From contig WLWN01000001.1 of the NCBI GenBank assembly GCA_012103575.1, positions 1,676,538 through 1,740,537 on the forward strand: DNA of 64,000 nucleotides, written 5' to 3'. Below, piece by piece: positions 29,418 to 39,314 of the stretch. The first letter of the stretch is position 1, and every line of letters starts with the position of its first letter. The position numbers and the translations under genes are program-made. The notes below the pieces were generated by a model that was given only the letters and a program-made list of their open reading frames with translations, did not search any database and was not told the DNA's origin. The DNA is from Kiritimatiellia bacterium (GTDB taxonomy: Bacteria; Verrucomicrobiota; Kiritimatiellia; WLWN01).

Positions 29418-29926
29418 CTTTGCCTTGGCCATTGAGCTCACGAAATTTGTATATAGCAACAGTACTTTCTTTACTGCTCTCTTGGTATGCAAAAAATGCA
29501 GCTACGTATGGCGACCGAGTCCAATCTAGTAAAGGCGTCGGAAAACCATGATGCCGAATATAAACCATAAATCCGTAATTCTCAGGAGATGAAGGTTCAT
29601 CTCTATTCTCAAATACTGTTTCCCAGTTTTGATCTGTTAGCGATTCAAATGCCGCGATTGTCGGCTTAAGGATCTTTGTGTTGTATTCTATGATTGCAAG
29701 TAGTTCATCGTTTCGTCTTTCAAGTGTCGATTCAAGTTTCCACGAAGCACATTTATGGCCCCTAAAGAGGAGCTCGGAAAAATAGTAGTCCGCTTTGCTA
29801 AGGCGCTGCTCACCCTTTTGTAATTCCTTTTAGCCCAAATGGTTCGTGCAGAAAACCGCGTTTAACTGACGGATCCAGGATAGAGTTATCTGGAATTAAT
29901 TCGGTATATCTTTTTGACATAGACAT
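29398..29926 (-). pseudogene. Disrupted small gene encoding an FRG-motif protein, sitting in the cassette position upstream of intI
   Basis: There is a 144-codon open frame (29398-29829) with no start codon, reading ...YYFSELLFRGHKCASWKLESTLERR...YIRHHGFPTPLLDWTRSPYVAAFFAY.... An ATG-initiated 15-codon segment (29926 downward) lies in another frame. A partial 163-bp-family repeat sits between the two segments. The C-terminal codons run into the IS630 terminal repeat. Confidence 0.4.
29813..29879. repeat. Partial (one-arm) copy of the 163-bp palindromic repeat family
   Basis: ttttgtaattccttttagcccaaatggttcgtgcagaaaaccgcgtttaactgacggatccagg matches one arm of the elements at 44474, 51319 and 58518. 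The left boundary is approximate. Confidence 0.5.
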
Positions 29927-30005
29927 AATGATTATTCAGTCTATTTGACTTTAATAGAGAATATTAACGAATTTTAAGATTTTGTCAAATTGAAAAGAAC
30001 GATCT

Positions 30006-30993
30006 ATGAAGGCAACTTCAAAACCTAAAAAATTGCTTGATCAGGTTCGAGAAATCTTGCGAATCCATCATTATTCCATTCGAACGGAGCAGTCTTATGT
30101 AAAATGGGTCAAGGATTATATTTTTTTTAACGGGAAGAAACATCCTCAAGAAATGGGAATTCCTGAAGTCGAACGGTTTTTGACCCATCTTGCTGTCAAT
30201 AAAAATTTGGCTTCAGGAACCCAAAACTAGGCGTTAAATGCCCTTGTTTTCCTCTACAAAAAAGTGTTGAGAAAACCTTTGGGTGAAAAGATCAATGCGG
30301 TTCGAGCGCGGAAGAAACAGCGATTACCGGTTGTTCTAAGTAAAGAGGAAGTTAGCCGCCTTTTAAAGGCTATGTCTGGCGTCCATGAGCTTATGGCACA
30401 ATTGATGTATGGCTGTGGGCTTCGGGTTATGGAAGTATTACGTTTACGGGTACAGGAGCTAGATTTTGATCAGGGGCTGCTTCTGGTTCGTCGCGGTAAG
30501 GGCGATAAAGATCGCTCTACTATCTTGCTGCCCGAATTACATGTGCCTCTGAAGGATCACGTAATCTTTGTCAGAAAACTGTATGAACAAGATGTAGAGA
30601 ATGGTACTTGCAATGTATATCTTCCTCATGCCCTTGCACAAAAGTATCGAGGGGGGCCCCGCGCATGGAACTGGCAATATGTATTCGCGTCCAAAAGCCT
30701 CTCTGTTGACCCTCGAGCAGGTGTAAGGCGTCGTCACCATATGGATGAAAGCAGTATTCAAAAATCGGTGGTGCATGCTGCTTGTTTGGTATAGATCCCC
30801 CAAGAAAGTTACCTGTCAGACCTTACGCCATTCTTTTGCTACTCATCTACTCGAAGCAGGGACCAATATTTGCATGGTACAAGAGCTTTTGGGTCATAAA
30901 GATGTAAAAACAACACAGATCTATACTCATGTTATGAAAAGAGACTTTCATCAGATCAAAAGCCCGTTAAGTATGTTGCTTCAGGCTACCTGA
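30006..30993 (+). pseudogene. intI: Integron integrase (IntI-family tyrosine recombinase) with an in-frame TAG and frameshifts near the C-terminus
   Basis: N-terminus LLDQVREILRIHHYSIRTEQSYVKWVKDYIFF. The IntI-specific additional domain reads [55 protein letters not shown]. The catalytic C-terminus reads [41 protein letters not shown] at 30228-30230; frame changes around 30775-30800. Confidence 0.85.
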
Positions 30994-31017
30994 TTGAAAA
31001 ATTGATAGGATTAAAAA

Positions 31018-31254
31018 ATGATTACGAAAGCTACAAGCTGTACCCTTGTTCTGGTCTTGAGTTTGTGCTGCTCTTGTTCAAAGAAATGGTATGTAAACGA
31101 TCAAGGTGTTACTGGCGATATTTTTACGTGTATCCCGGGCGACAACACAAAAGGAACAAGCAGTAAAAAGAAACCTTTTGCAATAGTTAACGTTACTGTC
31201 GAGCACACACGATTTTCAACAAATAAAAAGGGAACCATAAAATCTTCAGTATGA
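31018..31254 (+). CDS. Hypothetical small lipoprotein
   Basis: A signal peptide with a lipobox-like LSLCC sequence. 78 aa, followed by a GC-rich hairpin (ccccgg...ccgggg) around 31260-31290. Confidence 0.3.
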   Translation: MITKATSCTLVLVLSLCCSCSKKWYVNDQGVTGDIFTCIPGDNTKGTSSKKKPFAIVNVTVEHTRFSTNKKGTIKSSV

Positions 31255-31466
31255 CCCTCCCCCGGACATCCCTCTTATCCCGGGGCATACCTCTGCGCTC
31301 AACTGGATTATCTGGGTTCAACAACGCAACGAATAATTGCATCTTATAATCGACTTAGGGTATAAACACATTTCGATAAATGTTGAACTGGCATCTTGTT
31401 TTCGTGGAGAGTGGTCTTATGGACCGGTCACATCTTTAAAATACCAACGTGTTACAAGGAGTACGG

Positions 31467-34400
31467 GTGAGCAAACAACCTTTTGTCCATTTACATTTTC
31501 ATACTCAGTACAGCCTTTTGGATGGAGCGTGTCGTGTCAAAAGCGCCATGGAAACGGCACAAGCCCAGGGTATGTCTGCGGTCGCGATTACCGATCACGG
31601 TGTATTGTATGGGGCTGTTGATTTTTATAAGACGGCTAAAAGTTACGGGGTGAAGCCGATCTTGGGGTGTGAAGTGTATACGACGCCTGAAAATACCGGT
31701 ATGACAGAACGAAAAACCGGTCGCGATGGCAGCCAATCCAATCATCTTGTTCTGCTTGCTGAAAACGAAGTAGGTTATCAGAACTTGGTACAACTTGTAT
31801 CCAGAGCACATTTAGACGGATTTTATTATAAACCTAGGATCGATAAAGCCCTTCTTAGAGAATATAACGAAGGGCTTATCGGGTTATCCGCTTGTTTAAA
31901 AGGCGAGATTCCCGAGCACTGCGTGCGTGGCGATGTCGATGGGGCGGTCCAAAAAACCGAAGAATTTACTGATATCTTAGGCAAAGACAATTTCTACATA
32001 GAACTTCAGGATCACGGTATTCAAGAACAGCGTATTGCCAATGAGGGATTGCTTGAAGTGGCTAAACGTACAGGTCTTCCTCTTGTGGCTACCAACGATG
32101 TCCATTATATAGCGCCTGAACATCACACCGCCCACGACGTGATGATTTGTTTGCAAACCCAATCCGTTATGAGTGACCCAAATCGGATGAAATACCAGTC
32201 CGATCAGTTTTACATGAAAACGCCTGAAGAAATGTGGGACCTTTTTAGGGAATATCCTGATGCATTAAAGAATACATTGGCGATTGCAGAGCGCTGTAAC
32301 GTTGAACTTCAGCTCGACAAAGAATTCCATTTTCCTCTTTATCAACTCCCGGAAGGTGAAAATCAGAAACATTATTTAGCCCAGGTTGCCAAAGAAGGGT
32401 TGAAGTATCGGTATGGTGTTGAGGATGTTGATCATCCAAAAAATGAAGAAGAAAAGAAGATTGCAGATCGATTTTACCATGAACTAAACGTGATCGAAAA
32501 AACAGGGTTCATCAATTATTTCCTCGTGGTCTGGGATTTTGTGCGTTTTGCCCGGGAACGCCACATTCCTGTTGGGCCAGGTCGTGGATCAGGAGCGGGA
32601 AGCATTATGGCCTATGTATTAGGCATTACGGGTATTGATCCATTACAATACGATTTAATTTTTGAACGTTTTTTGAATCCTGATCGTGTTTCACCCCCTG
32701 ATTTTGATATTGATTTCTGCCAATCTCGACGGGATGAGGTTATTGATTACGTTAAAGAAAAATATGGACGCGATAGCGTGGCTCAAATCATTACTTTCGG
32801 GACACTAGGGGCAAAAACGGTTATTCGTGATGTGGGTCGTGTATTGGAAATACCCTTCAATGAATGTGATCGCCTCGCCAAATTGATACCTGAAGAACCT
32901 GGTATGACCCTGGAAAAAGCGCTTCAACAGAGTCCTGACTTTAAGAAAGCGACCGAAACCGAAGAACATGCAAAACGTATCATGCAACATGCACGTGTTC
33001 TTGAAGGGCTGCCTCGCAATCCTGGAACGCATGCCGCAGGCGTTGTTATTGGAGAAAAACCATTAGTAGAAATTCTTCCTCTTGCGCGTGATAAAGACAA
33101 AGAAGTAGTCACACAATTTGAGATGAAACCGTTGGAGCAAACGGGTCTTTTAAAAATGGATTTCTTGGGTCTTAAAACGTTAACCGTTATTCAAGAAACC
33201 ATTGACCACGTTAAAAAAACAAAAGATATCGACCTTGATATGGAAACCTTGCCCATGAATGATGAGCCTACTTTCGCCTTATTAAATCGGGGCGATACCA
33301 TTGGGGTGTTCCAAATTGAAAGTCAGGGGATGCGCGATTTGCTCAGAAGAATAGGGCTCACCTGTTTTGAGGAGATTATTGCGATGATCGCCTTGTTCAG
33401 ACCCGGACCTATGAATATGTTGGATGATTATGTAAACCGTAAACACGGAAAGGTGAAAATCAAATATGACCACTCTCTCCTTGAACCGATTCTTAAGGAA
33501 ACATATGGCGTGATGCTCTATCAGGAGCAGGTTCAGCGGGCTGCCAATGTGTTAGCCGGTTATTCGTTGGGTGAAGGAGATATTTTGCGTCGTGCCATGG
33601 GTAAAAAAACTATGGAAGAAATGACGCAGCAACGAGATAAATTTGTGAAGGGCTGCGCTCAACATAATAAAATTAATGCAAAAACTGCAGAAAAAATCTT
33701 TAACAATATAGAACGATTTGCCGGGTACGGTTTTAATAAATCACATAGCGCGGCATACGCTATTCTTTCTTACCAAACCGCTTTTTTTAAAGCCCATTAT
33801 CCTTCAGAATTTATGGCCGCTTTGCTTTCTTCAGAAATGGGGAATGCGGATAAGCTTCCTATGCTTATTGCAGAAGCACAGGAAATGGAAATTGAAATGT
33901 TTCCCCCAGATGTTAACGAAAGCGAAGTGCGGTTTCGTCCCGTTATTAACGGCATGCGGTTTGGATTGGCCGGTGTTAAAAACATTGGCGTGGGTGTCGT
34001 CGAATCGATTATTAAAGAGCGAGAAATGGATGGGCCCTTTAAAGACGGGTTGGTTGAATTTTGCAGTCGACTCGATTCGAAGGCGAATAATAAGAAGGTG
34101 CTGGAAAGTTTGGTTAAATGTGGTGCGTTTGATTACACAAAACAGTCTCGTGGACGCCTTTTTAATGGGATTGAATTTGCCATCAATCGGGCCTCAGAAG
34201 CGAACAAAGATCGTCAGTCTGGACAAGGTTCTTTGTTCGATATCTTGGAAGACAAAAGTGAAGAATTTAGGAAGGATGAATTACCCCCAGCAGAACCTTG
34301 GCCGGCTAGCCAGATGCTTTCTGCAGAAAAAGAGTTGCTTGGTTTTTATATTTCCGGTCATCCACTAACAGCCTTTGAATGGACATTAACCCATTACAAC

Positions 34401-35012
34401 CTGGCGAATATGAAGGAACTCAGCTCTATTGAAGCAGGAACGTCGACTCGAATCGGAGGGCTTGTTTCGCATTATCAAAAAAAGTTTACAAAACGAACTC
34501 AAGAGCCGATGGCTATCTTTCGACTTGCAGGGCTTCAAGGATGGGTAGAGGTCGTTGCTTTTCCGGACGCGTTTAGAGAGTATGGGGTTTATCTTCAAGA
34601 AGATGTGCCGATTATGATCTGTGGTGAGATTTCACAAGATGACCGATTAAAAATGATTGCGGGAGAGATGTATCCGCTTGAAAGAGTACATGACCATTTT
34701 ACGCAAAATATCAGCATTCATCTTTCAGCCGCCAACCTCCAAGACGATCGGTTGGAGAGGATTAAGAGCATACTTCGACGACATCCGGGGAACATTCCTG
34801 TAACCGTCTGTTTGCAATTTCCAGGAGGTGAAAAAGTCTTTATTAAAACAGATCGCAGATTAAAGGTGTCCGCGCGGGAAAAGCTTGTCCATGAATTAGA
34901 GCATTGTATCGGGGAAGATTCTATTTATGTGGCCATCAACCGCAGTCCGTATAAACATGGAGATCAGGAACGGCGTAACGCAAAAGGGTGGGCTAAGCGT
35001 AAAGCCGGGTAA
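31467..35012 (+). CDS. dnaE: DNA polymerase III alpha subunit
   Basis: PHP domain (FVHLHFHTQYSLLDGA), polymerase core (GPGRGSGAGS, HAAGVVI, the FNKSHSAAYA finger), and a C-terminal OB fold. GTG start at 31467 with an AAGGAG ribosome-binding site 5 nt upstream. Confidence 0.9.
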   Translation: MSKQPFVHLHFHTQYSLLDGACRVKSAMETAQAQGMSAVAITDHGVLYGAVDFYKTAKSYGVKPILGCEVYTTPENTGMTERKTGRDGSQSNHLVLLAENEVGYQNLVQLVSRAHLDGFYYKPRIDKALLREYNEGLIGLSACLKGEIPEHCVRGDVDGAVQKTEEFTDILGKDNFYIELQDHGIQEQRIANEGLLEVAKRTGLPLVATNDVHYIAPEHHTAHDVMICLQTQSVMSDPNRMKYQSDQFYMKTPEEMWDLFREYPDALKNTLAIAERCNVELQLDKEFHFPLYQLPEGENQKHYLAQVAKEGLKYRYGVEDVDHPKNEEEKKIADRFYHELNVIEKTGFINYFLVVWDFVRFARERHIPVGPGRGSGAGSIMAYVLGITGIDPLQYDLIFERFLNPDRVSPPDFDIDFCQSRRDEVIDYVKEKYGRDSVAQIITFGTLGAKTVIRDVGRVLEIPFNECDRLAKLIPEEPGMTLEKALQQSPDFKKATETEEHAKRIMQHARVLEGLPRNPGTHAAGVVIGEKPLVEILPLARDKDKEVVTQFEMKPLEQTGLLKMDFLGLKTLTVIQETIDHVKKTKDIDLDMETLPMNDEPTFALLNRGDTIGVFQIESQGMRDLLRRIGLTCFEEIIAMIALFRPGPMNMLDDYVNRKHGKVKIKYDHSLLEPILKETYGVMLYQEQVQRAANVLAGYSLGEGDILRRAMGKKTMEEMTQQRDKFVKGCAQHNKINAKTAEKIFNNIERFAGYGFNKSHSAAYAILSYQTAFFKAHYPSEFMAALLSSEMGNADKLPMLIAEAQEMEIEMFPPDVNESEVRFRPVINGMRFGLAGVKNIGVGVVESIIKEREMDGPFKDGLVEFCSRLDSKANNKKVLESLVKCGAFDYTKQSRGRLFNGIEFAINRASEANKDRQSGQGSLFDILEDKSEEFRKDELPPAEPWPASQMLSAEKELLGFYISGHPLTAFEWTLTHYNLANMKELSSIEAGTSTRIGGLVSHYQKKFTKRTQEPMAIFRLAGLQGWVEVVAFPDAFREYGVYLQEDVPIMICGEISQDDRLKMIAGEMYPLERVHDHFTQNISIHLSAANLQDDRLERIKSILRRHPGNIPVTVCLQFPGGEKVFIKTDRRLKVSAREKLVHELEHCIGEDSIYVAINRSPYKHGDQERRNAKGWAKRKAG

Positions 35013-35113
35013 GAGGGGATGACAAAGGTAGGCGGTCCGTGATCTAAACGTGAGAAGAAAAGTTTTCGATGGCCTCAGATGTTATCCTACGCTTAATACA
35101 TGATCTCTTGAGC

Positions 35114-35764
35114 TCAAGGAGCTAGCCGTTGAATCTTCCATTCTTGATGGGTGAAAGTATATTGGAAGCGATCATGAAGGCGACACGGGCGACCCTGCCA
35201 AAATTCAAAAAGGGTGGGCTTCAGTCGATAGCCGCCCCATGCAGGGGGAGCAGGAATTTTATCCGTATTGTATCTAGCTTTGTAATCGTTACATTTCTCT
35301 TCCAATATCTGACGGTTTGCGATGGGTTTACTTTGGGGAGAGACCCAAGCTCCAATTTGGCTTTCTGTGGGTCGGCTTTGGAAGTACGCTTCTGATTTTT
35401 TGACGGAGGTTTTTTTCACGGTTCCCTCAATTTTGATTTGTCTTTCCAAGGTCGGCCAATAAAAAAGCAATGCGCCATTAGGATTTTCATTGAGCTCTTT
35501 TGCTTTTCGACTTTCATAATTCGTATAAAAAACAAAACCGCTTTCGTCATATTCTTTAAGCAACACGGTGCGAATAGAAGGCCTTCCAACGCCATCGGCT
35601 GTTGCCAAGGTCATGGCATTAAAATCAATCAATTTTGCGTTTAAGGCCGATTTGAACCATTGCTGAAATTGCTCGAAAGGGTTCGCCAAAAGGCTCTCTT
35701 CGTTTAACGTTTCCTGTGTATATTCGCGATGAAGTTGAAGAAAGTTTTTTTGACCTATTTTCAA
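35114..35764 (-). CDS. pdxH: Pyridoxamine 5'-phosphate oxidase
   Basis: Length and motifs are typical of PdxH (MTLATADGVGRPSIRTVLLKEYDESGFVFYTNYESRKAKEL...RLHDRFQY). Confidence 0.85.
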   Translation of the reverse strand: MKIGQKNFLQLHREYTQETLNEESLLANPFEQFQQWFKSALNAKLIDFNAMTLATADGVGRPSIRTVLLKEYDESGFVFYTNYESRKAKELNENPNGALLFYWPTLERQIKIEGTVKKTSVKKSEAYFQSRPTESQIGAWVSPQSKPIANRQILEEKCNDYKARYNTDKIPAPPAWGGYRLKPTLFEFWQGRPCRLHDRFQYTFTHQEWKIQRLAP

Positions 35765-36345
35765 ATTCTGTTCCTAATCTTTTTTAATACGCTTCCCAGA
35801 ATGGGGATTTTTTCATATACGGTTCCCGCTACATCCCAATAGTCTTGTTGAAAAATGATCTTTCCTTCCTTATTATAGCGGACATGGGACATTCCCGTTG
35901 CGTTCATCGGACGATCTTTATACCGTTTGAGGGTAAGATCCATCCACCACCGAAAATAATAGTTGCCTTTATGGTTGGCTACATCCTGAATATCAAAGGT
36001 ACAAGACTCGATCGTATCTGTTGACTCCAAAAAATAGTTTTCAATTTCATCAATACCTTCAACGGTTTTAAAAGGGTCGGCAAAAAAAGCGTTTTCAGCA
36101 TAGAGATTGCGAACATTCTTTTGGATCTTTTCATGCGAATAGTCTTGGTAGAATTCAATAAATTGAGCCATCGCTCTTTTTACGGTCGCGGAATCCGGCT
36201 CCATAAGCTGTACTTGGCCAGCATCCGTTGTTTTTAATGCGTTTTGATAGAGCTGATTTCGATTTATCCTATTCTTTATCGGTGTAGAGCAAGCATTTAA
36301 AAATAATAGACCGATGATTGGATATATCCAGTTTTTGATCTGCAT
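35761..36345 (-). CDS. Hypothetical lipoprotein with an NTF2/SnoaL-like fold
   Basis: Signal peptide MQIKNWIYPIIGLLFLNACS, then about 170 aa. Start chosen at the internal Met. The gene is divergent from the desaturase gene. Confidence 0.45.
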   Translation of the reverse strand: MQIKNWIYPIIGLLFLNACSTPIKNRINRNQLYQNALKTTDAGQVQLMEPDSATVKRAMAQFIEFYQDYSHEKIQKNVRNLYAENAFFADPFKTVEGIDEIENYFLESTDTIESCTFDIQDVANHKGNYYFRWWMDLTLKRYKDRPMNATGMSHVRYNKEGKIIFQQDYWDVAGTVYEKIPILGSVLKKIRNRI

Positions 36346-36471
36346 GAAAGATTCCTTTTTAAGTATGTAGAGAATAAGTTTGCACTTTCCAGGCAAGTCG
36401 GGCATTTTCCTCGGCTATACCCATACCCGTATATGCGTTTACATGCCGAATAGTATAGAACATCGAGATAT

Positions 36472-37386
36472 ATGAATCCATTAAAAAAAATATACAATAT
36501 TTACCGAAAAATATTTTCCGAAGAAGAGAATATTACGTTGATCGACGGTTGTCCAATTGCGTTTGTCCATTTAGTATGCCTGACCATCCCATGGGTCGGG
36601 TTTAGCGTGACGGCGGTGATCGCTTGTTTTGCGGCATATGCATTACGTGTATTTTCGCTTACAGGAGGGTATCACAGATATTTTTCACACCGGTCCTATA
36701 AAACAAGTCGTGTTTTTCAATTTATACTTGCGTTTCTAGGTGGCTCAGCAGCACAATTAGGTGCCCTTTGGTGGGCGGCCCATCATCGGCATCATCATGA
36801 ACATTCTGACACCAAGAAAGATATCCACTCTCCACACCGCCGGGGCTTCTTTTTCGCGCATATTGGATGGGTGTTATGTGACCGTTATTCGGAGACACAA
36901 CTCGAACACATAGGGGACTTTGCTCGCTATCCTGAATTACGGTTCCTGAATCGTTTCCATATTATTCCTCCCTTAACCTTAGGTCTCATCATGTACGGGC
37001 TCGGATACTTTTTTCAGACTCATTATCCTCATTTGAATACGTCCCCTTGGCAAATGGTGGTATGGGGATTCTTTGTGAGTACGGTACTGGTCTACCACGC
37101 AACTTTTTGTATTAACTCCGTCACTCATATGATGGGGAAAAAACGATTTCGCATTAAAGACGATAGTCGAAACAGTTTTTTACTTGCTTTTTTAACCATG
37201 GGAGAAGGGTGGCATAACAACCATCATCGATATCCTATGGCCACTCGACAGGGGCTTTATTGGTGGGAAATTGATATGACCTACTACATCCTCGTCCTGC
37301 TTTCCAAGCTGGGTCTCATATGGGATTTACAAAAACATCCCCAAATGATCTACGAAGAAGCACGTCAAATCAAACAAGATATATAA
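36472..37386 (+). CDS. Membrane fatty-acid desaturase (acyl-lipid/acyl-CoA delta-9-type)
   Basis: Three histidine boxes (HRYFSH, HHRHHH, HNNHH) and four predicted TM segments. Confidence 0.8.
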   Translation: MNPLKKIYNIYRKIFSEEENITLIDGCPIAFVHLVCLTIPWVGFSVTAVIACFAAYALRVFSLTGGYHRYFSHRSYKTSRVFQFILAFLGGSAAQLGALWWAAHHRHHHEHSDTKKDIHSPHRRGFFFAHIGWVLCDRYSETQLEHIGDFARYPELRFLNRFHIIPPLTLGLIMYGLGYFFQTHYPHLNTSPWQMVVWGFFVSTVLVYHATFCINSVTHMMGKKRFRIKDDSRNSFLLAFLTMGEGWHNNHHRYPMATRQGLYWWEIDMTYYILVLLSKLGLIWDLQKHPQMIYEEARQIKQDI

Positions 37387-37682
37387 GGCAGTCGGGATTG
37401 TAAAATCTGGAGAAAGATAAAGCCCAAGGTCTTGAAGGCGAGGTGAATTACTTTAAGGCGCACCGCGACCCTATAGATTATCAGGCTGCTAAATGAGGGG
37501 GTTGCCCTAAAGGGTCTGGAGCCATGGAATCGACCTGTGCCCAATTCCAAACCCGATTCAAACGAACCGGTCAATTTTGGATACCTCCTAGAAAGCATCA
37601 CTTAATCGCTCTGGAATTAGCACGGCAGAATCATGACGGGGATGATATTTGGTAGTATGACCCAGATGCGCCTCAAATAACT

Positions 37683-37718
37683 AGCCGTTCTAATTTTGAT
37701 TTCAAATTTCAAATGGCT
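37683..37718. repeat. Imperfect copy of the AT-rich hairpin, again directly upstream of a tRNA promoter-like hexamer
   Basis: AGCCGTTCTAATTTTGATTTCAAATTTCAAATGGCT, with TTGACT at 37724-37729 and tRNA-Val starting at 37768. Confidence 0.45.
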
Positions 37719-37767
37719 GTGACTTGACTTCGTAAAGCAGACCGTTAAGCTACCCCTCTTATTTTTC

Positions 37768-37842
37768 GGGCGGTTAGCTCAGCGGGAGAGCGGCTGGTTT
37801 ACACCCAGTAGGTCACAGGTTCGAATCCTGTACCGCCCACCA
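37768..37842 (+). tRNA. tRNA-Val (anticodon UAC)
   Basis: GGGCGGTTAGCTCAGCGGGAGAGCGGCTGGTTTACACCCAGTAGGTCACAGGTTCGAATCCTGTACCGCCCACCA. Anticodon loop TTTACAC; CCA encoded. Confidence 0.9.
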
Positions 37843-37972
37843 GGTTTCGTGTCGAACATCGTAATAATAAGAAGCCTGTCACGGCGTAGCGTGTCGTGTG
37901 AGCAAAGCCAGACTGGCCACAACGCTACGTTTTGGTGCAACCCTTATACTCCAGAAGAAAGGTTATAGATTA

Positions 37973-39238
37973 ATGAGTTACAACAAAATTGAAGTTCCTG
38001 AAAACGGCGAAAAGATTGCCATGGGAGATGATACGTATCTTCAGGTCCCCCATCATCCCATTATCCCTTTTATTGAAGGGGATGGTACGGGGAAAGATCT
38101 CACTCATGCAGCCATGCTTGTATGGAATGCGGCCGTTGAAAAAGCATACGGAGGGACCCGTCAGGTTCAATGGATGGAAGTCTATGCCGGGGAAAAAGCA
38201 AACGAAGTCTATGGTGAACCCATCTGGTTACCTCCCGAAACATTAGAAGCGGTCAAAGAATTTCTTGTAGCCATTAAAGGGCCTTTAACCACACCCGTAG
38301 GTGGTGGGATACAAAGTCTAAATGTGGCCTTACGCCAAGAACTTGATCTTTATGTATGTTTACGTCCTGTACGTTGGTTCAAAGGGGTTCCCTCCCCTGT
38401 CAAAAATCCTGAACGTACGGACATGGTTATTTTTCGTGAAAACTCTGAGGACATTTATGCGGGTGTAGAGTGGGAAGAAGGAACGTCAGAAGTTAGAAAA
38501 GTTATTGACTTTTTACAACAAGAAATGGGTGTTAAAAAAATTCGTTTCCCTGAAACTTCAGGGATTGGCATAAAACCGGTTTCTAAAGAAGGAACGACTC
38601 GTTTAAATAAAGCCGCTATTCAATATGCCATTGATAACAATCGTAAATCCGTGACGCTTGTTCATAAAGGGAATATTATGAAGTTTACCGAGGGCGCTTT
38701 TTGCGACTGGGGATATGAAACCGCTAAAACCCATTTTGGAGCTCAAGACCTTGATGGCGGTCCTTGGCAAGTCATTAAAAACCCAAGCACAGGTGAGAAC
38801 ATTATAATTAAAGACGTTATTGCAGATGCCTTTTTGCAGCAAATTCTTACTCGCCCAGCTGAATATGATGTGATCGCTACCATGAACCTAAACGGAGACT
38901 ATATTTCTGATGCGCTAGCCGCTTGTGTTGGAGGGATAGGAATTGCGCCAGGCGCAAACATTAACTATGAAACAGGGGTGTCAATCTTTGAAGCAACTCA
39001 TGGTACGGCGCCCAAATATGCCGGGCAAGATAAAGTCAATCCTGGTTCCCTTATTTTATCCGGGGCTATGATGTTTCGTTATATGAGGTGGCAAGAGGCG
39101 GCGGATCTTACTATCACCGGGATCGAAAAGACCATTAGTAATAAGACCGTAACATACGATTTCGAACGATTGATGGAGGGAGCTACGTTGCTCAAATGCA
39201 GTGAATTTGGTCAAGCGATTGTCGATAACATGGAATAA
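37973..39238 (+). CDS. icd: NADP-dependent isocitrate dehydrogenase (dimeric type)
   Basis: [15 protein letters not shown] at the N-terminus. GDGTG..., [10 protein letters not shown] and a conserved C-terminus. Start chosen at the ATG at 37973. Confidence 0.9.
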   Translation: MSYNKIEVPENGEKIAMGDDTYLQVPHHPIIPFIEGDGTGKDLTHAAMLVWNAAVEKAYGGTRQVQWMEVYAGEKANEVYGEPIWLPPETLEAVKEFLVAIKGPLTTPVGGGIQSLNVALRQELDLYVCLRPVRWFKGVPSPVKNPERTDMVIFRENSEDIYAGVEWEEGTSEVRKVIDFLQQEMGVKKIRFPETSGIGIKPVSKEGTTRLNKAAIQYAIDNNRKSVTLVHKGNIMKFTEGAFCDWGYETAKTHFGAQDLDGGPWQVIKNPSTGENIIIKDVIADAFLQQILTRPAEYDVIATMNLNGDYISDALAACVGGIGIAPGANINYETGVSIFEATHGTAPKYAGQDKVNPGSLILSGAMMFRYMRWQEAADLTITGIEKTISNKTVTYDFERLMEGATLLKCSEFGQAIVDNME

Positions 39239-39314
39239 TCCCAAATTTGGAATCTAGGTCTATTCGTTATCGGTTATTAGGGTGCTTCAAAGGAATAAAG
39301 ACATAACATTGGAT

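Noticed and set aside
29400-30000. An intact integron cassette array with attC sites next to intI
   Set aside because: Only one disrupted gene and one repeat arm are present. The region is bounded by an IS630, and no series of imperfect-palindrome-flanked ORFs is visible. Treated as an integron remnant, not an array.
37400-37640. Possible transposase C-terminal remnant (frame reading ...NYFKAHRDPIDYQAAK*GGCPKGSGAMESTCAQFQTRFKRTGQFWIPP...)
   Set aside because: It resembles the GSG..ES...RxK.SGM.W tail of some transposase families, but it is short, interrupted by a stop, and I cannot assign a family. Left unannotated.
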